Source: Candidatus Woesearchaeota archaeon
GTDB taxonomy: Archaea > Nanobdellota > Nanobdellia > Woesearchaeales > PXDW01
DNA: 32,000 bases
Direction: 5' to 3'
NCBI GenBank assembly: GCA_003564925.1
Contig: PXDW01000025.1
Coordinates: 1 to 32,000, forward strand
Shown here: piece after piece, positions 7,232-16,326 of the stretch
Layout of the letters: each line of letters begins with the position of its first letter
Position numbering within the stretch: position 1 is the first letter of the stretch
The notes under the pieces: generated by a model
What the model saw: only the letters and a program-made list of their open reading frames with translations
Told to the model about the DNA's origin: nothing
The model's database searches: none
Program-made: the position numbers and the translations under genes

Positions 7232-9321
7232 TGAAGCCAAAAATAGCATTAATTAGCTTGACGGGATGTGGAGGATGTGAATTATCATTGTTATTTACAG
7301 GTGAAGTTTTATTAGACTTAGTCAAGAATTTTGATTTTCGTATCCTTAACATTTTTAATAAGAACAATGTTCAAAATCAATATTCTGAATACGAAGCTGT
7401 TTTTGTTTCTGGTTTGGTTGCAGATAAGCGAGATATTGAATTGTTGCAAAAATATAGAAAAAAATCAAAAATTCTTATTGCATTAGGCGCTTGCTCTGTT
7501 CATGGAAATGTTTATTCTTTGAAACAAACAATAGATTCAACCCATAAAAATCAAGAATTTAACTCTGAAAAATCTAAGAATAGCTCATTGATTGAAGCTG
7601 TCGCATTAAGGCCTATATCAGAATATGTGAAGGTTGATTTTTCAATACCTGGCTGTCCGCCAGATAGCTCTGAAACTATAAGTCATATCAAGGATATAAT
7701 GATTGGAAAAAAGTTAGTTGAAAATGAAAAGCCAGTTTGTTTCCATTGTAGCTTAAATGAAAATTTCTGTTTGCTTAAAAATGGAAAAGAATGCATCGGG
7801 CCTTTAATAAAATCGGGTTGCGACTCTTTATGCCCATCATTCAATAAAGAATGCACTGGCTGCAGAGGCCCAATAAATGATGGAAATATTGACGAAATAA
7901 AAAAAATATTTAGTGATAAAGGAATTAGTTTTGATATATTAAAAGAAAAAATAAGCAAATATGCAAAAATAGAATTTGATAAACTCATGAATAAAGAAAA
8001 TAGAAAAAAGATTGATTATGACATCAAGGAACGAAAGATAATAAAAGAAATAAAGAATAATTCTGAAAATATATCTGGACAATATTCTGTATATTTGGAT
8101 TTGCGTAATGGAAAATTAAACGATTGCAGACTTGAATATTCAGAAAATTCAATATTATTTGAAGAGATATTAAAAGGAAAACATTTTTCCGATATTCCTG
8201 AAATAGTATCCAGGATGTGCGGAATAACTAGTTGTTTTCATGTTATAACTTCTATCAAGGCCATAGAGAATGCATTTAATATACAAATTACAGAGCAAAC
8301 AAAATTATTAAGAGAGCTTTTAGCTATAGGGGAGTTAATAAGAAGCCATTCAATACATATCTATTTAGTCGTACTTCCTAATTATTTTGGATTTGATTCA
8401 GGAATTGAAATGATGTTAAAAAATAAAAAAGAAACTAAAAGAGCACTAGAGCTGATTAATGTGGGAAATAGCCTTATAGAATTGATTGGAGGAAGAGTTA
8501 TTCATCCTGTCACTTTTGAGGTTGGATACAATACTTATGTTCCTGAAAAATCCAAACTTGAAGAGATTTTAAAAATACTGAAAATTTCAAAAAAAGAAGC
8601 TATAAAAACATCAGAGATTTTATTATCATTAGATCTTACTTTTTTTGAAAGGAAAACAGAATATATCTCTCTTAGACAGCTAGATAATTTTCCATCACTA
8701 AGCGGAGATATTATTTCTACGAAGGGATTGAATATAAATCCCCAAACTTATAGAAAATATTTTAATGAGGTTAAATTGCCTAATTCGAAAGGAAAATTAG
8801 TTTTTAAAAATAATAAGACTTACTTTACAGGTGCTTTAGCAAGGGTAAACAATAACTCAAGGCTTTTATGTAAAGAGGCTGAAACATTAGTCAGGAAATC
8901 GAGAAGGAAATTTCCGAATTATAATCCTTTATTGAATAATTTTGCTCAATCTCTTGAGATTATAAACTGGATTGATAGAGCTATAGAAATAATAACTAAT
9001 TGGGATTTCAAGGAAGAGATTAAGCATGATATAAAACCAAAATCTGAAAGAGGTATTGGTGTAACAGAGTCTCCCCAAGGACTACTAATCCATGATTATG
9101 AATTTAATTCAAAAGGCTGTATAAACAAGTGTAGCATTATCACGCCAACAGCTCAGATAATAAAAAACCTTGAAGAAGATATAAAAGCCTATGCTTCACA
9201 AAATTTAACTGACAAACAAGATAATGAAATAAGGTCAGAAATTGAAATGTTGGTTAAATCTTATGGTCTCCAATTGTTTGGCGGGGGAAATACTGTAGAT
9301 TTCATCATAAAAAGGAATTAA
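7231..9321 (+). CDS. Fused [NiFe]-hydrogenase small (delta) plus large (alpha) subunit-like protein, group 3b-like, with a non-canonical active-site motif set
   Basis: N-terminal half has small-subunit motifs: LISLTGCGGCELS, ALGACSVHGN, IPGCPP and CFHCSLNENFC…CIGPLIKSGCDSLCP…CTGCRGP. A K/E/I-rich linker spans about 7970-8060. C-terminal half has large-subunit motifs: SRMCGITSCFHV (L1-like, 8212-8241), GGRVIHP and GVTESPQGLLIHDY…IITPTAQ. The C-terminus reads VKSYGLQLFGGGN (9253-9291) where DPCxxCxxH is expected. Confidence 0.8.
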   Translation: MKPKIALISLTGCGGCELSLLFTGEVLLDLVKNFDFRILNIFNKNNVQNQYSEYEAVFVSGLVADKRDIELLQKYRKKSKILIALGACSVHGNVYSLKQTIDSTHKNQEFNSEKSKNSSLIEAVALRPISEYVKVDFSIPGCPPDSSETISHIKDIMIGKKLVENEKPVCFHCSLNENFCLLKNGKECIGPLIKSGCDSLCPSFNKECTGCRGPINDGNIDEIKKIFSDKGISFDILKEKISKYAKIEFDKLMNKENRKKIDYDIKERKIIKEIKNNSENISGQYSVYLDLRNGKLNDCRLEYSENSILFEEILKGKHFSDIPEIVSRMCGITSCFHVITSIKAIENAFNIQITEQTKLLRELLAIGELIRSHSIHIYLVVLPNYFGFDSGIEMMLKNKKETKRALELINVGNSLIELIGGRVIHPVTFEVGYNTYVPEKSKLEEILKILKISKKEAIKTSEILLSLDLTFFERKTEYISLRQLDNFPSLSGDIISTKGLNINPQTYRKYFNEVKLPNSKGKLVFKNNKTYFTGALARVNNNSRLLCKEAETLVRKSRRKFPNYNPLLNNFAQSLEIINWIDRAIEIITNWDFKEEIKHDIKPKSERGIGVTESPQGLLIHDYEFNSKGCINKCSIITPTAQIIKNLEEDIKAYASQNLTDKQDNEIRSEIEMLVKSYGLQLFGGGNTVDFIIKRN

Positions 9322-9417
9322 ATAACAAAAACTTAATAAAAGGAATCAAACATTAAAATAATTATTAAGCATATAAAATATACAAAAAGCCAGATAATAT
9401 GTTAAAAGAGGTGTTTA

Positions 9418-9975
9418 ATGTCATTTGTTGATTTTTTAGTAATTTTAGGGACCGGCCTTTGGAGCTTATTTTTAATCTGGATTTCAATTTTTATAGCACC
9501 TTTTAGAAATCCAGAGGTTCTTTGGATATTGATACCCATATATTTATTCTGGATATTTACTGAGATATACCAGGAAAAAAGAAAAACCAGCTTTGGGAAT
9601 GCAATATCTAATGGGGCTGTTGTTCTTTGGGTAGGAATTGACTGGACAAGATATTTGATAAGGCAATTAGGGACCGATATGTCTTTGGGCTTTGATTTTT
9701 ATTCAAAAATAGCGCTTTCTATATTTGTATTTGTTTATGGGGTTGTAATAATATTGTATGGCATAAAAGTAAAAAGATTTATTCCAAGAATTGGAAGAAT
9801 AAGAGAAATAACTTACGTTCTTATAATGTTCACTCCAATAATATATGGTGTAGTGAAATTAAATTTTCAAACTATATCTGCAATTGTTTTATTTTTCCTG
9901 CCTTTTTATTTCATAATAGAGTTTATAAACCGTAAAGTTCCAGATCCTTCAACTTATGAAGGTTCTTCATTATAA
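9418..9975 (+). CDS. Integral membrane protein of unknown function (about 5 TM segments)
   Basis: Hydrophobic segments throughout (LVILGTGLWSLFLIWISIFIAPF, VLWILIPIYLFWIF, and others). GAGGTG SD at 9408-9413. Confidence 0.55.
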   Translation: MSFVDFLVILGTGLWSLFLIWISIFIAPFRNPEVLWILIPIYLFWIFTEIYQEKRKTSFGNAISNGAVVLWVGIDWTRYLIRQLGTDMSLGFDFYSKIALSIFVFVYGVVIILYGIKVKRFIPRIGRIREITYVLIMFTPIIYGVVKLNFQTISAIVLFFLPFYFIIEFINRKVPDPSTYEGSSL

Positions 9976-10023
9976 AATATTTTTAGAAAACTATATAAAT
10001 GTTCTCGTCTTTTCTTTTCTGAT

Positions 10024-10674
10024 ATGCCGGGGTGGATTAGCCAGGAAAAGGCTCTTGGTTTAATGAAAAAAAAGAGATTTCCTGTGATAAAAACAGTACT
10101 TGTGAAATCTGAGAAGAATCTTATAAAAAATGCTAAAAAACTTAAATTTCCTATTGCTTTAAAATTGGTTTCTTCAGATATAATCCATAAATCGGAAGCA
10201 AATATTATATTTCTTGATATAAAAAATGATGAGCAGTTGGAAAAGGCTTACAAAGATGCAATAAAAAATGCCAAAAAATACAAAAAAAAAGTGAAAATAG
10301 AAGGAATTCTTATTCAGGAGATGGTTTCTGGACAGGAAGTTATTATAGGAATGAAAAGGGATGAACAATTCGGTCCAGTTGTAATGTTTGGCTTCGGAGG
10401 AATATTTGTTGAAGTATTAAAAGATGTGAGCTTTAGAATAGCTCCTGTTGAAAGAGATATGGCTTTAGAAATGATAAAAGAATTGAAAGCATATAAAATA
10501 TTGGAAGGTATCAGAGGACAAAAAAAATCCAAGGTAGAAGATCTCGTTGATATCATAAGAAAAACTTCATTGTTGGCTGAAAATGATAAGAAAATAAAGG
10601 AAATTGACTTTAATCCTGTTATTGTAAATGATAAAGAGGCAAAAATAGTAGATTTTAGAATATTAAAAGACTAA
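10024..10674 (+). CDS. acdB: Acetyl-CoA synthetase (ADP-forming) beta subunit (ATP-grasp)
   Basis: ATP-grasp_5-like sequence: FPIALKLVSSDIIHKSEA, GILIQEMVSGQEVIIGMKRDEQFGPVVMFGFGGIFVEVLKDVSFRIAP, EIDFNPVIV. It is followed directly by the alpha subunit. Confidence 0.8.
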   Translation: MPGWISQEKALGLMKKKRFPVIKTVLVKSEKNLIKNAKKLKFPIALKLVSSDIIHKSEANIIFLDIKNDEQLEKAYKDAIKNAKKYKKKVKIEGILIQEMVSGQEVIIGMKRDEQFGPVVMFGFGGIFVEVLKDVSFRIAPVERDMALEMIKELKAYKILEGIRGQKKSKVEDLVDIIRKTSLLAENDKKIKEIDFNPVIVNDKEAKIVDFRILKD

Positions 10675-10705
10675 TTGAAATTTAAGAATAAAAAAACTAT
10701 ACAAA

Positions 10706-12130
10706 ATGCCAAACAAAAAAATTAAAATTAGAAATTTAGAAGGTTTATTCAACCCAAAAAGTGTTGCAGTCATAGGAGCTTCAAGAGACCACAATAGTGT
10801 TGGATATGGCATTCTGAGAAATTTAAATAGTGGCTGTGTTTTCCAATGCAAGTATTGTAAGCCTTTTTTAGGACCTATATATCCTGTAAATCCCTATGCT
10901 GAAAAAGTCCAAGGAATAAAATCATATGCTTCAATTTTGGGTGTTGAAGATGATGTCGACTTGGCAATTATATCTGTTCCGGCGAAAATTGTTCCTTTAG
11001 TGATGGAAGAGTGCGTCGAAAAAAAAGTAAAGGCAATGATTATAATTTCAGCAGGATTTGCTGAACTAGGCGAAGAAGGAATAAAACTTCAGGATAAGGT
11101 TTCTGATATAGCGAAAAAATCAAAAATACCTGTTTTGGGCCCGAATTGTCTTGGTATAATAAGGCCTTATTCTAACTTAAATGCCAGTTTTGCTCCAGCT
11201 ATGCCTCCTCAAGGAAACATAGCTTTTATCTCGCAATCTGGAGCTTTGGCAGATAGTATCATAGATTGGGCAATAGAAGCAAGGTATGGCTTTAGCTCAG
11301 TAGTAAGCTACGGAAACAGGGCAGATTTAGATGTTGTTGATTTTCTTGAGTATTTTGGCGAGGACGAAGAAACTAGAGTCATAACTATATATATTGAAGG
11401 AATAAAAAATGGAAAAAGATTCATGCAAGTTGCTGAGAAGGTTTCAAAGAAAAAGCCCATAATAGCTTTGAAAGCAGGAAGAACAAAACACGGCAGAGAA
11501 GCTATATCCACCCATACAGGAAGTTTGGCAGGCTCTTATAAAATATATAAGGCAGCTTTTAAGCAGACGGGAATTATATTGGCAGATAATGTTGAAGAAA
11601 TGTTTGACATAGCAAAAACTTTGGCCTACCAGCCTTTGTGTAAGGGAAATAATATAGCTATAGTGAGCAATGCCGGCGGACCAGCTGTATTAGCAGCTGA
11701 TTATTGCGAACAGTCTGGAATTAATCTTCCCGAACTAAAAAAAAGCACACTTAATAAGATTGAGAAGAGCGGTGTTATGCATAAAGCATATTCAAGAAGA
11801 AATCCTTTGGATTTGGTTGGAGATGCATTGCCTGAAAGGTATAAAGTTGCAGTCGATACACTGCTCTCTGAAAAATATGTTGATGGATTAATAGTTATAC
11901 AAACTCTCCAGACTATGACAGATCCGGAAGAAGATGCCAATGTCATTATTGAGGCACAGAAAAAATATCCAGATAAACCTATAATATGCACTTATATGGG
12001 TGGACATTTTACAAAATCAGGAATTAGATTGTTAGAAAAAAATTATATACCTGATTATAATGATCCTAAAAAGGCAGTTATGGCAATGAAATCTCTGATT
12101 GAACGTTTTCAATATCTAAAGAAAAAATAA
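10706..12130 (+). CDS. acdA: Acetyl-CoA synthetase (ADP-forming) alpha subunit (CoA-binding/succinyl-CoA-synthetase-like)
   Basis: LFNPKSVAVIGASRD, VYPVNP, GPNCLGII, FISQSGAL, and the phosphohistidine loop AISTHTGSLAGS. Confidence 0.85.
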   Translation: MPNKKIKIRNLEGLFNPKSVAVIGASRDHNSVGYGILRNLNSGCVFQCKYCKPFLGPIYPVNPYAEKVQGIKSYASILGVEDDVDLAIISVPAKIVPLVMEECVEKKVKAMIIISAGFAELGEEGIKLQDKVSDIAKKSKIPVLGPNCLGIIRPYSNLNASFAPAMPPQGNIAFISQSGALADSIIDWAIEARYGFSSVVSYGNRADLDVVDFLEYFGEDEETRVITIYIEGIKNGKRFMQVAEKVSKKKPIIALKAGRTKHGREAISTHTGSLAGSYKIYKAAFKQTGIILADNVEEMFDIAKTLAYQPLCKGNNIAIVSNAGGPAVLAADYCEQSGINLPELKKSTLNKIEKSGVMHKAYSRRNPLDLVGDALPERYKVAVDTLLSEKYVDGLIVIQTLQTMTDPEEDANVIIEAQKKYPDKPIICTYMGGHFTKSGIRLLEKNYIPDYNDPKKAVMAMKSLIERFQYLKKK

Positions 12131-12355
12131 AAATTTTTTAACTATAGAGTTTTTCTTTCAACAATACATTTAGGTCTTTCATTACTATCTACTTTTTTGA
12201 AAATTATGGTGTCTTCTTCTTTTATAAGATTACCAGAATTTTTTTTAAAATAGTTTTATTTGCTCTAATCTCAAAATTTTTCACCATTTTTTAAAGCATT
12301 AAATGGCTTTTCATACAAATTTTTTTAAAAAATTTACCCATCATTCTCAGAGAAT

Positions 12356-13279
12356 TTAGAAATCGCACTTCTCGAGCTTTTTTAAGTCTTGCCAGTTTTT
12401 GTCAATATTTTCCTGTATTTTTTTTATTGCCTTTTTGTCATTAATTATGTGAGAAAATCTTTTTTGCACTTTTAAGAATTCTTTAACTGGCTTTTTTTTG
12501 TCTCCGGGATCATAGCTTATCTTATATTTTCCATTCTCAACTTCGTATAAAGGCCAAAAGCATGTCTCAACAGCCAACCTTGCAACCTTGAGACTATCAT
12601 TTTCTTTTATTCCCCAACCAGCCGTACACGGACTCAATGAATTAATAAACTTTGGCCCTTTTATTTCAAATGCCTTTGTTGCTTTCTCAATCAAATCATT
12701 ATAGTGGCTTATAGAAGTCTGAGCAACATAAGGAATATTATGCGCGACCATTATTTTTGTTAAATCCTTGCTGAATTCCTGTTTTCCCTGCCTTTTATTC
12801 CCCAAAGGGTCTGTTTTTGTAGAAGCGCCGTAAGGTGTGGCAGAGCTTCTTTGCATTCCTGTATTCATATAAGCCTCATTGTTATAACAGACATATAAAA
12901 AATTATGACCCCTTTCTGCAGCTCCTGATAAAGATTGAAGGCCAATATCATATGTTCCTCCATCTCCTCCAAATGCTATGAATTTTATTTCCTTTTTTAT
13001 TTTTCCTTTTCTCTTTAAAACATCATAAGCTGAAACAACTCCTGAAATTGTTGCGGCAGCATTTTCAAAGGCATTATGTATCCAAGGGACTTTCCAGGAA
13101 GTATAAGGGTATACTGTTGTTGAGACCTCTATACATCCAGTTGCGTTGGCAACAACAACAGGATGTTTTGTTCCCATCATAAACATTCTTGCATTTATTG
13201 CAGCTCCGCATCCAGGGCACATTCTATGACCTGAGCTTATCTTGCTTTCCTGTTTTGCTAATTCTTTTAGATTAACCAT
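12356..13279 (-). CDS. porB: Pyruvate/2-oxoacid:ferredoxin oxidoreductase beta subunit (TPP-binding)
   Basis: MCPGCG, ATGCIEV, and the FGGDGGTYDIGLQSL TPP motif. Last gene of a G-D-A-B cluster. Confidence 0.9.
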   Translation of the reverse strand: MVNLKELAKQESKISSGHRMCPGCGAAINARMFMMGTKHPVVVANATGCIEVSTTVYPYTSWKVPWIHNAFENAAATISGVVSAYDVLKRKGKIKKEIKFIAFGGDGGTYDIGLQSLSGAAERGHNFLYVCYNNEAYMNTGMQRSSATPYGASTKTDPLGNKRQGKQEFSKDLTKIMVAHNIPYVAQTSISHYNDLIEKATKAFEIKGPKFINSLSPCTAGWGIKENDSLKVARLAVETCFWPLYEVENGKYKISYDPGDKKKPVKEFLKVQKRFSHIINDKKAIKKIQENIDKNWQDLKKLEKCDF

Positions 13280-14449
13280 TTATTCTCTTACTCCCAAATA
13301 ATTTTCTTTTTTTGCTTTTCCTGAGATTAATTCTGAATAAACTCTTTCTATCATACCTGGATTTATCTCTCTTCCGCCCAAACCAAAAACATAGCTGAAT
13401 ATTTCTGGCTTGTTTTTTTCTTCATAAAAAGATGATCTAATTTCTGAATATAGTGGAGCTTCTGCTCCGAATGAAGCAGCTCTGTCTAAAACAGCAATTG
13501 TTTTTTTATTCTTTAGTTCTTTAACAATTTCTTTATTTGGAAAAGGCCTGAACATCCTTATCTTTAATAATCCAACTTTTTTTCCTTTTTTTCTTAAGAC
13601 ATCGATAACTTCTTTAGTTGTCCCGGCTGTGCTTGACATAGTAATAATAACATGGTCAGCATCTTTTGTTTTATAGGGCTCGATATACCTATAATTTTTT
13701 CCACAAACTTTTGAAAATTCTTTGGCCATCTTTGGGTATATAGACTTTGCTTTTTGCATTGCATCAACTTGCTGCCTTTTATGCTCAAAATAGAAATCAT
13801 AAAAGTCTATAGGTCCAACTGTTATCGGCTTTTTTATATTAAGTAAAGAGTGTTTGGGTTTATAATTTGCAACATATTTCTTTACCTTTTTTTCATTTAT
13901 TAGTTTAACAGGCTCAACACCATGGCTTGTTATAAATCCATCCTGGCAAACCATTACAGGAAGCAAGATGTCTTTGTGCTCAGAAAGCTTTACAGCTAAA
14001 ATCGTTAAATCATATACTTCTTGTGCTGTTTCGCAATACATTTGAATCCATCCAGAGTCCCTTTCTGCCATTGTATCTGAATGATCGCAATGTATATTTA
14101 TTGGGCCTGAAAGAGCCCTGTTCACAACATTCATGACTATAGGAAGCCTTGTGGATGAAGCTATATAGATTATCTCGTGCATTAAAGCAATTCCTTGCGA
14201 TGATGAAGCAGTCATTACTCTTGCCCCTGCCGCGCTAGCTCCGACACAAGCTGACATTGCGGAATGCTCTGATTCCACTCTTATCAAATCAGTGTCAACT
14301 TTTCCATCCGCAACATACTGCGAGAATCCGTGCATTATGTCAGACTGAGGTGTTATCGGATATGCAGCAACAACATCAGGGTTGATTTGCTTCATTGCAT
14401 AGGAAGCAGCTTCTGTTCCTGTTAAAGGCTTCATGTTTTTCATTTTCAC
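13280..14449 (-). CDS. porA: Pyruvate/2-oxoacid:ferredoxin oxidoreductase alpha subunit
   Basis: LTGTEAASYAMKQINPDVVAAYPITPQS, ESEHSAMSACVGASAAGARV, ALMHE. Abuts porB with no gap. Confidence 0.9.
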   Translation of the reverse strand: MKMKNMKPLTGTEAASYAMKQINPDVVAAYPITPQSDIMHGFSQYVADGKVDTDLIRVESEHSAMSACVGASAAGARVMTASSSQGIALMHEIIYIASSTRLPIVMNVVNRALSGPINIHCDHSDTMAERDSGWIQMYCETAQEVYDLTILAVKLSEHKDILLPVMVCQDGFITSHGVEPVKLINEKKVKKYVANYKPKHSLLNIKKPITVGPIDFYDFYFEHKRQQVDAMQKAKSIYPKMAKEFSKVCGKNYRYIEPYKTKDADHVIITMSSTAGTTKEVIDVLRKKGKKVGLLKIRMFRPFPNKEIVKELKNKKTIAVLDRAASFGAEAPLYSEIRSSFYEEKNKPEIFSYVFGLGGREINPGMIERVYSELISGKAKKENYLGVRE

Positions 14450-14784
14450 ATTTTTTTATTTTTTATTTTTTTATTGCAATTAAATTCAGACTCTTTTTTC
14501 ATTTCAATGCATTTTACAGGGCATATTTCTGCGCAAAGCCCACATCCTTTGCAAAAATCCAAATCTGTCTCTATTCTTTTATTGTTCTTTACTGCTATTG
14601 CATCATCAGGACATATTACCCAACACTGCATACAATGAATACATCTTTTTAAATCAGTTATTGGCCTGAATGTTCTCCAGCTTCCTGTTTTATAATTTTT
14701 TGAATTGCCAGGCTCTATGATAATGCCGCCTATAGGCATTTCTTTCCAAGTCTTTTCCTTTTTAATGCACTTCTTCATAGCCAC
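14446..14784 (-). CDS. porD: Pyruvate/2-oxoacid:ferredoxin oxidoreductase delta subunit (2x[4Fe-4S] ferredoxin)
   Basis: CIHCMQCWVICP and CKGCGLCAEICP. 4-nt overlap with porA. Confidence 0.85.
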   Translation of the reverse strand: MAMKKCIKKEKTWKEMPIGGIIIEPGNSKNYKTGSWRTFRPITDLKRCIHCMQCWVICPDDAIAVKNNKRIETDLDFCKGCGLCAEICPVKCIEMKKESEFNCNKKIKNKKM

Positions 14785-15325
14785 GATTGATCGCCCTCAT
14801 ATTAGCTTTCATCAAATCATTATTAAACTTTCTTTCAAATTTTTGCTTGAATTCTTTTTTTAATATATCTAAAGGTATTTTTCCGTATATTTTTATCATA
14901 GCCCCCATCATGGGAGTATTTGTAATATTTTTTTCAAATTCTTCAAGGGCTATTTTGGTTGCGTCTAAAACATAAACCTTTCCTTTAAAATTAAGCTCTT
15001 TTTTTATTTCTTTAGGACTCATATTCGTATTAACTAAAATTTCTTTGCTCCCACATATTTCATGCCTTACTTCAGGCTCATATATGAGTCCTGTATCAAT
15101 AACAACACTAAGGTTGGGATTATGAACACCAGAATGGATTCTTATTTCTCTTTTTGAAATCCTTAAATAAGAACGCATCGGAGCGCCTTCTCTCTCTGCT
15201 CCGTATTCTGGAAATGCCTGCATATACATCCCATTTGCCAAAGCAGCATGAGCCATTAATGCAGCGGCAGTTTTAGCTCCTTGTCCCGCCCTTCCATGCA
15301 AAACCACTTCATAAATGTCTTTCAT
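14762..15325 (-). CDS. porG: Pyruvate/2-oxoacid:ferredoxin oxidoreductase gamma subunit
   Basis: LHGRAGQGAKTAAALMAHAA… is the typical POR gamma N-terminus. First gene of the porGDAB order. Confidence 0.85.
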   Translation of the reverse strand: MKDIYEVVLHGRAGQGAKTAAALMAHAALANGMYMQAFPEYGAEREGAPMRSYLRISKREIRIHSGVHNPNLSVVIDTGLIYEPEVRHEICGSKEILVNTNMSPKEIKKELNFKGKVYVLDATKIALEEFEKNITNTPMMGAMIKIYGKIPLDILKKEFKQKFERKFNNDLMKANMRAINRGYEEVH

Positions 15326-15371
15326 ATTTTATTTAAAATTAAAGAGGGTATTTAAATCTTTTCATAATCGT

Positions 15372-15626
15372 TTACCCATGTTTTAATTTAAATATAAGGA
15401 TGAAAGAAGCCATGAAAAATATAGTTGTGTTTGTTATTACCATGGGCAATGATTTTATCATAAGGCCATAAATTGACCATAACATAACAGCAACCACAAA
15501 TATTGAATACATCATTAATGACAAATCCTTTGTGTTCCTTGTTTTCCAAGTTTGAATAACTTGGGGCAAAAAGGATATTGTTGATGCTAATGAAGCTGTC
15601 CACCCGATAATTACGATAGTTTCCAT
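15372..15626 (-). CDS. SemiSWEET (PQ-loop/MtN3 half-transporter) sugar transporter
   Basis: 84 aa with three TM helices and a PQ motif in TM1 (ISFLPQVIQTWKTRNTKDLS). The overall pattern closely resembles bacterial SemiSWEETs. Confidence 0.8.
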   Translation of the reverse strand: METIVIIGWTASLASTISFLPQVIQTWKTRNTKDLSLMMYSIFVVAVMLWSIYGLMIKSLPMVITNTTIFFMASFILIFKLKHG

Positions 15627-15735
15627 TTTTTCAAATTAGGAACTGAGGGTGGTTTATAAACTTTTACATAGTTTAAATTTTATGAGATTATAATATAATC
15701 TATTTTTTAGTATTAGAAAATATCAAGCAATTAAT

Positions 15736-16326
15736 TTATTTTTCATTCATAAGGTATTTCTTTGCATTATGAATTCCTGTAGCGAAAATCCCTCCTGCCA
15801 CTGCTGTATAAAATTGAAATAAACCCATAGTCATTAGAAAAATTGAAGGAACAAGGTTGAATTTATAAAGTGCAAATGCCGCGCTGAAAATAAAAATAGA
15901 TTTTATCGTAGCTCCAAACACAATAACAAACATCATGTTTTTTTTATTTTCTAATCTTAATTTCTTAAAACAATACACTAATATTGCATTTCCGATCCAT
16001 ATAAATGGAATCATAAAAATCAAGAAATAAGTGAAATGTCCAAATATGATTCCTCTGGATAAAACCGCTAAGCTTGGAAGCATTATTGATGGAAACAACA
16101 TCTTGGATTTTAGATTTAATGCGCTCAGGACTAAAGATGCATTAACAATTATGCCTACAACTAATTGAGGATTCCCTATAAAGAAAGGGACAAAAAAACA
16201 AATTAAAGAGTATAAGGTGAGCTCAAAATATTCTGCCCTCAAGCTTAATTTATAATCTTGAATATTTAGTTTTTCAAATATTTTGTATCTGTTGTAATCC
16301 AATATTTTTCCTATTCTTACATACAT
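15736..16326 (-). CDS. Polytopic membrane protein of unknown function, translationally coupled to hydA
   Basis: About 5-6 hydrophobic helices. ATG at 16326-16324 overlaps the hydA TAA stop by 1 nt (TAATG). The ORF track start is GTG 16338. Confidence 0.5.
   Translation of the reverse strand: MYVRIGKILDYNRYKIFEKLNIQDYKLSLRAEYFELTLYSLICFFVPFFIGNPQLVVGIIVNASLVLSALNLKSKMLFPSIMLPSLAVLSRGIIFGHFTYFLIFMIPFIWIGNAILVYCFKKLRLENKKNMMFVIVFGATIKSIFIFSAAFALYKFNLVPSIFLMTMGLFQFYTAVAGGIFATGIHNAKKYLMNEK

Noticed and set aside
7970-8060. Idea that the small-large subunit fusion is just a lost stop codon from a sequencing error
   Set aside because: Not fully excluded, but the junction is a continuous in-frame linker of about 30 codons. 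There is no remnant SD or start context and no homopolymer run at a plausible former stop. It is therefore reported as a real fusion pending read-level verification.
12131-12355. Possible small minus-strand gene broken by a frameshift at an A8 run (MVKNFEIRANKTILKK / NSGNLIKEEDTIIFKKVDSNERPKCIVERKTL) in the convergent acdA/porB intergenic region
   Set aside because: Each piece is only about 20-30 codons, with no recognisable domain and no SD or TATA evidence. In AT-rich DNA such short open stretches arise by chance. The region is better explained as T-rich termination sequence for the two convergent operons.
15388-15603. 71-aa alternative-frame minus-strand ORF inside the SemiSWEET gene
   Set aside because: The other frame gives an excellent SemiSWEET match. 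This frame has no features.
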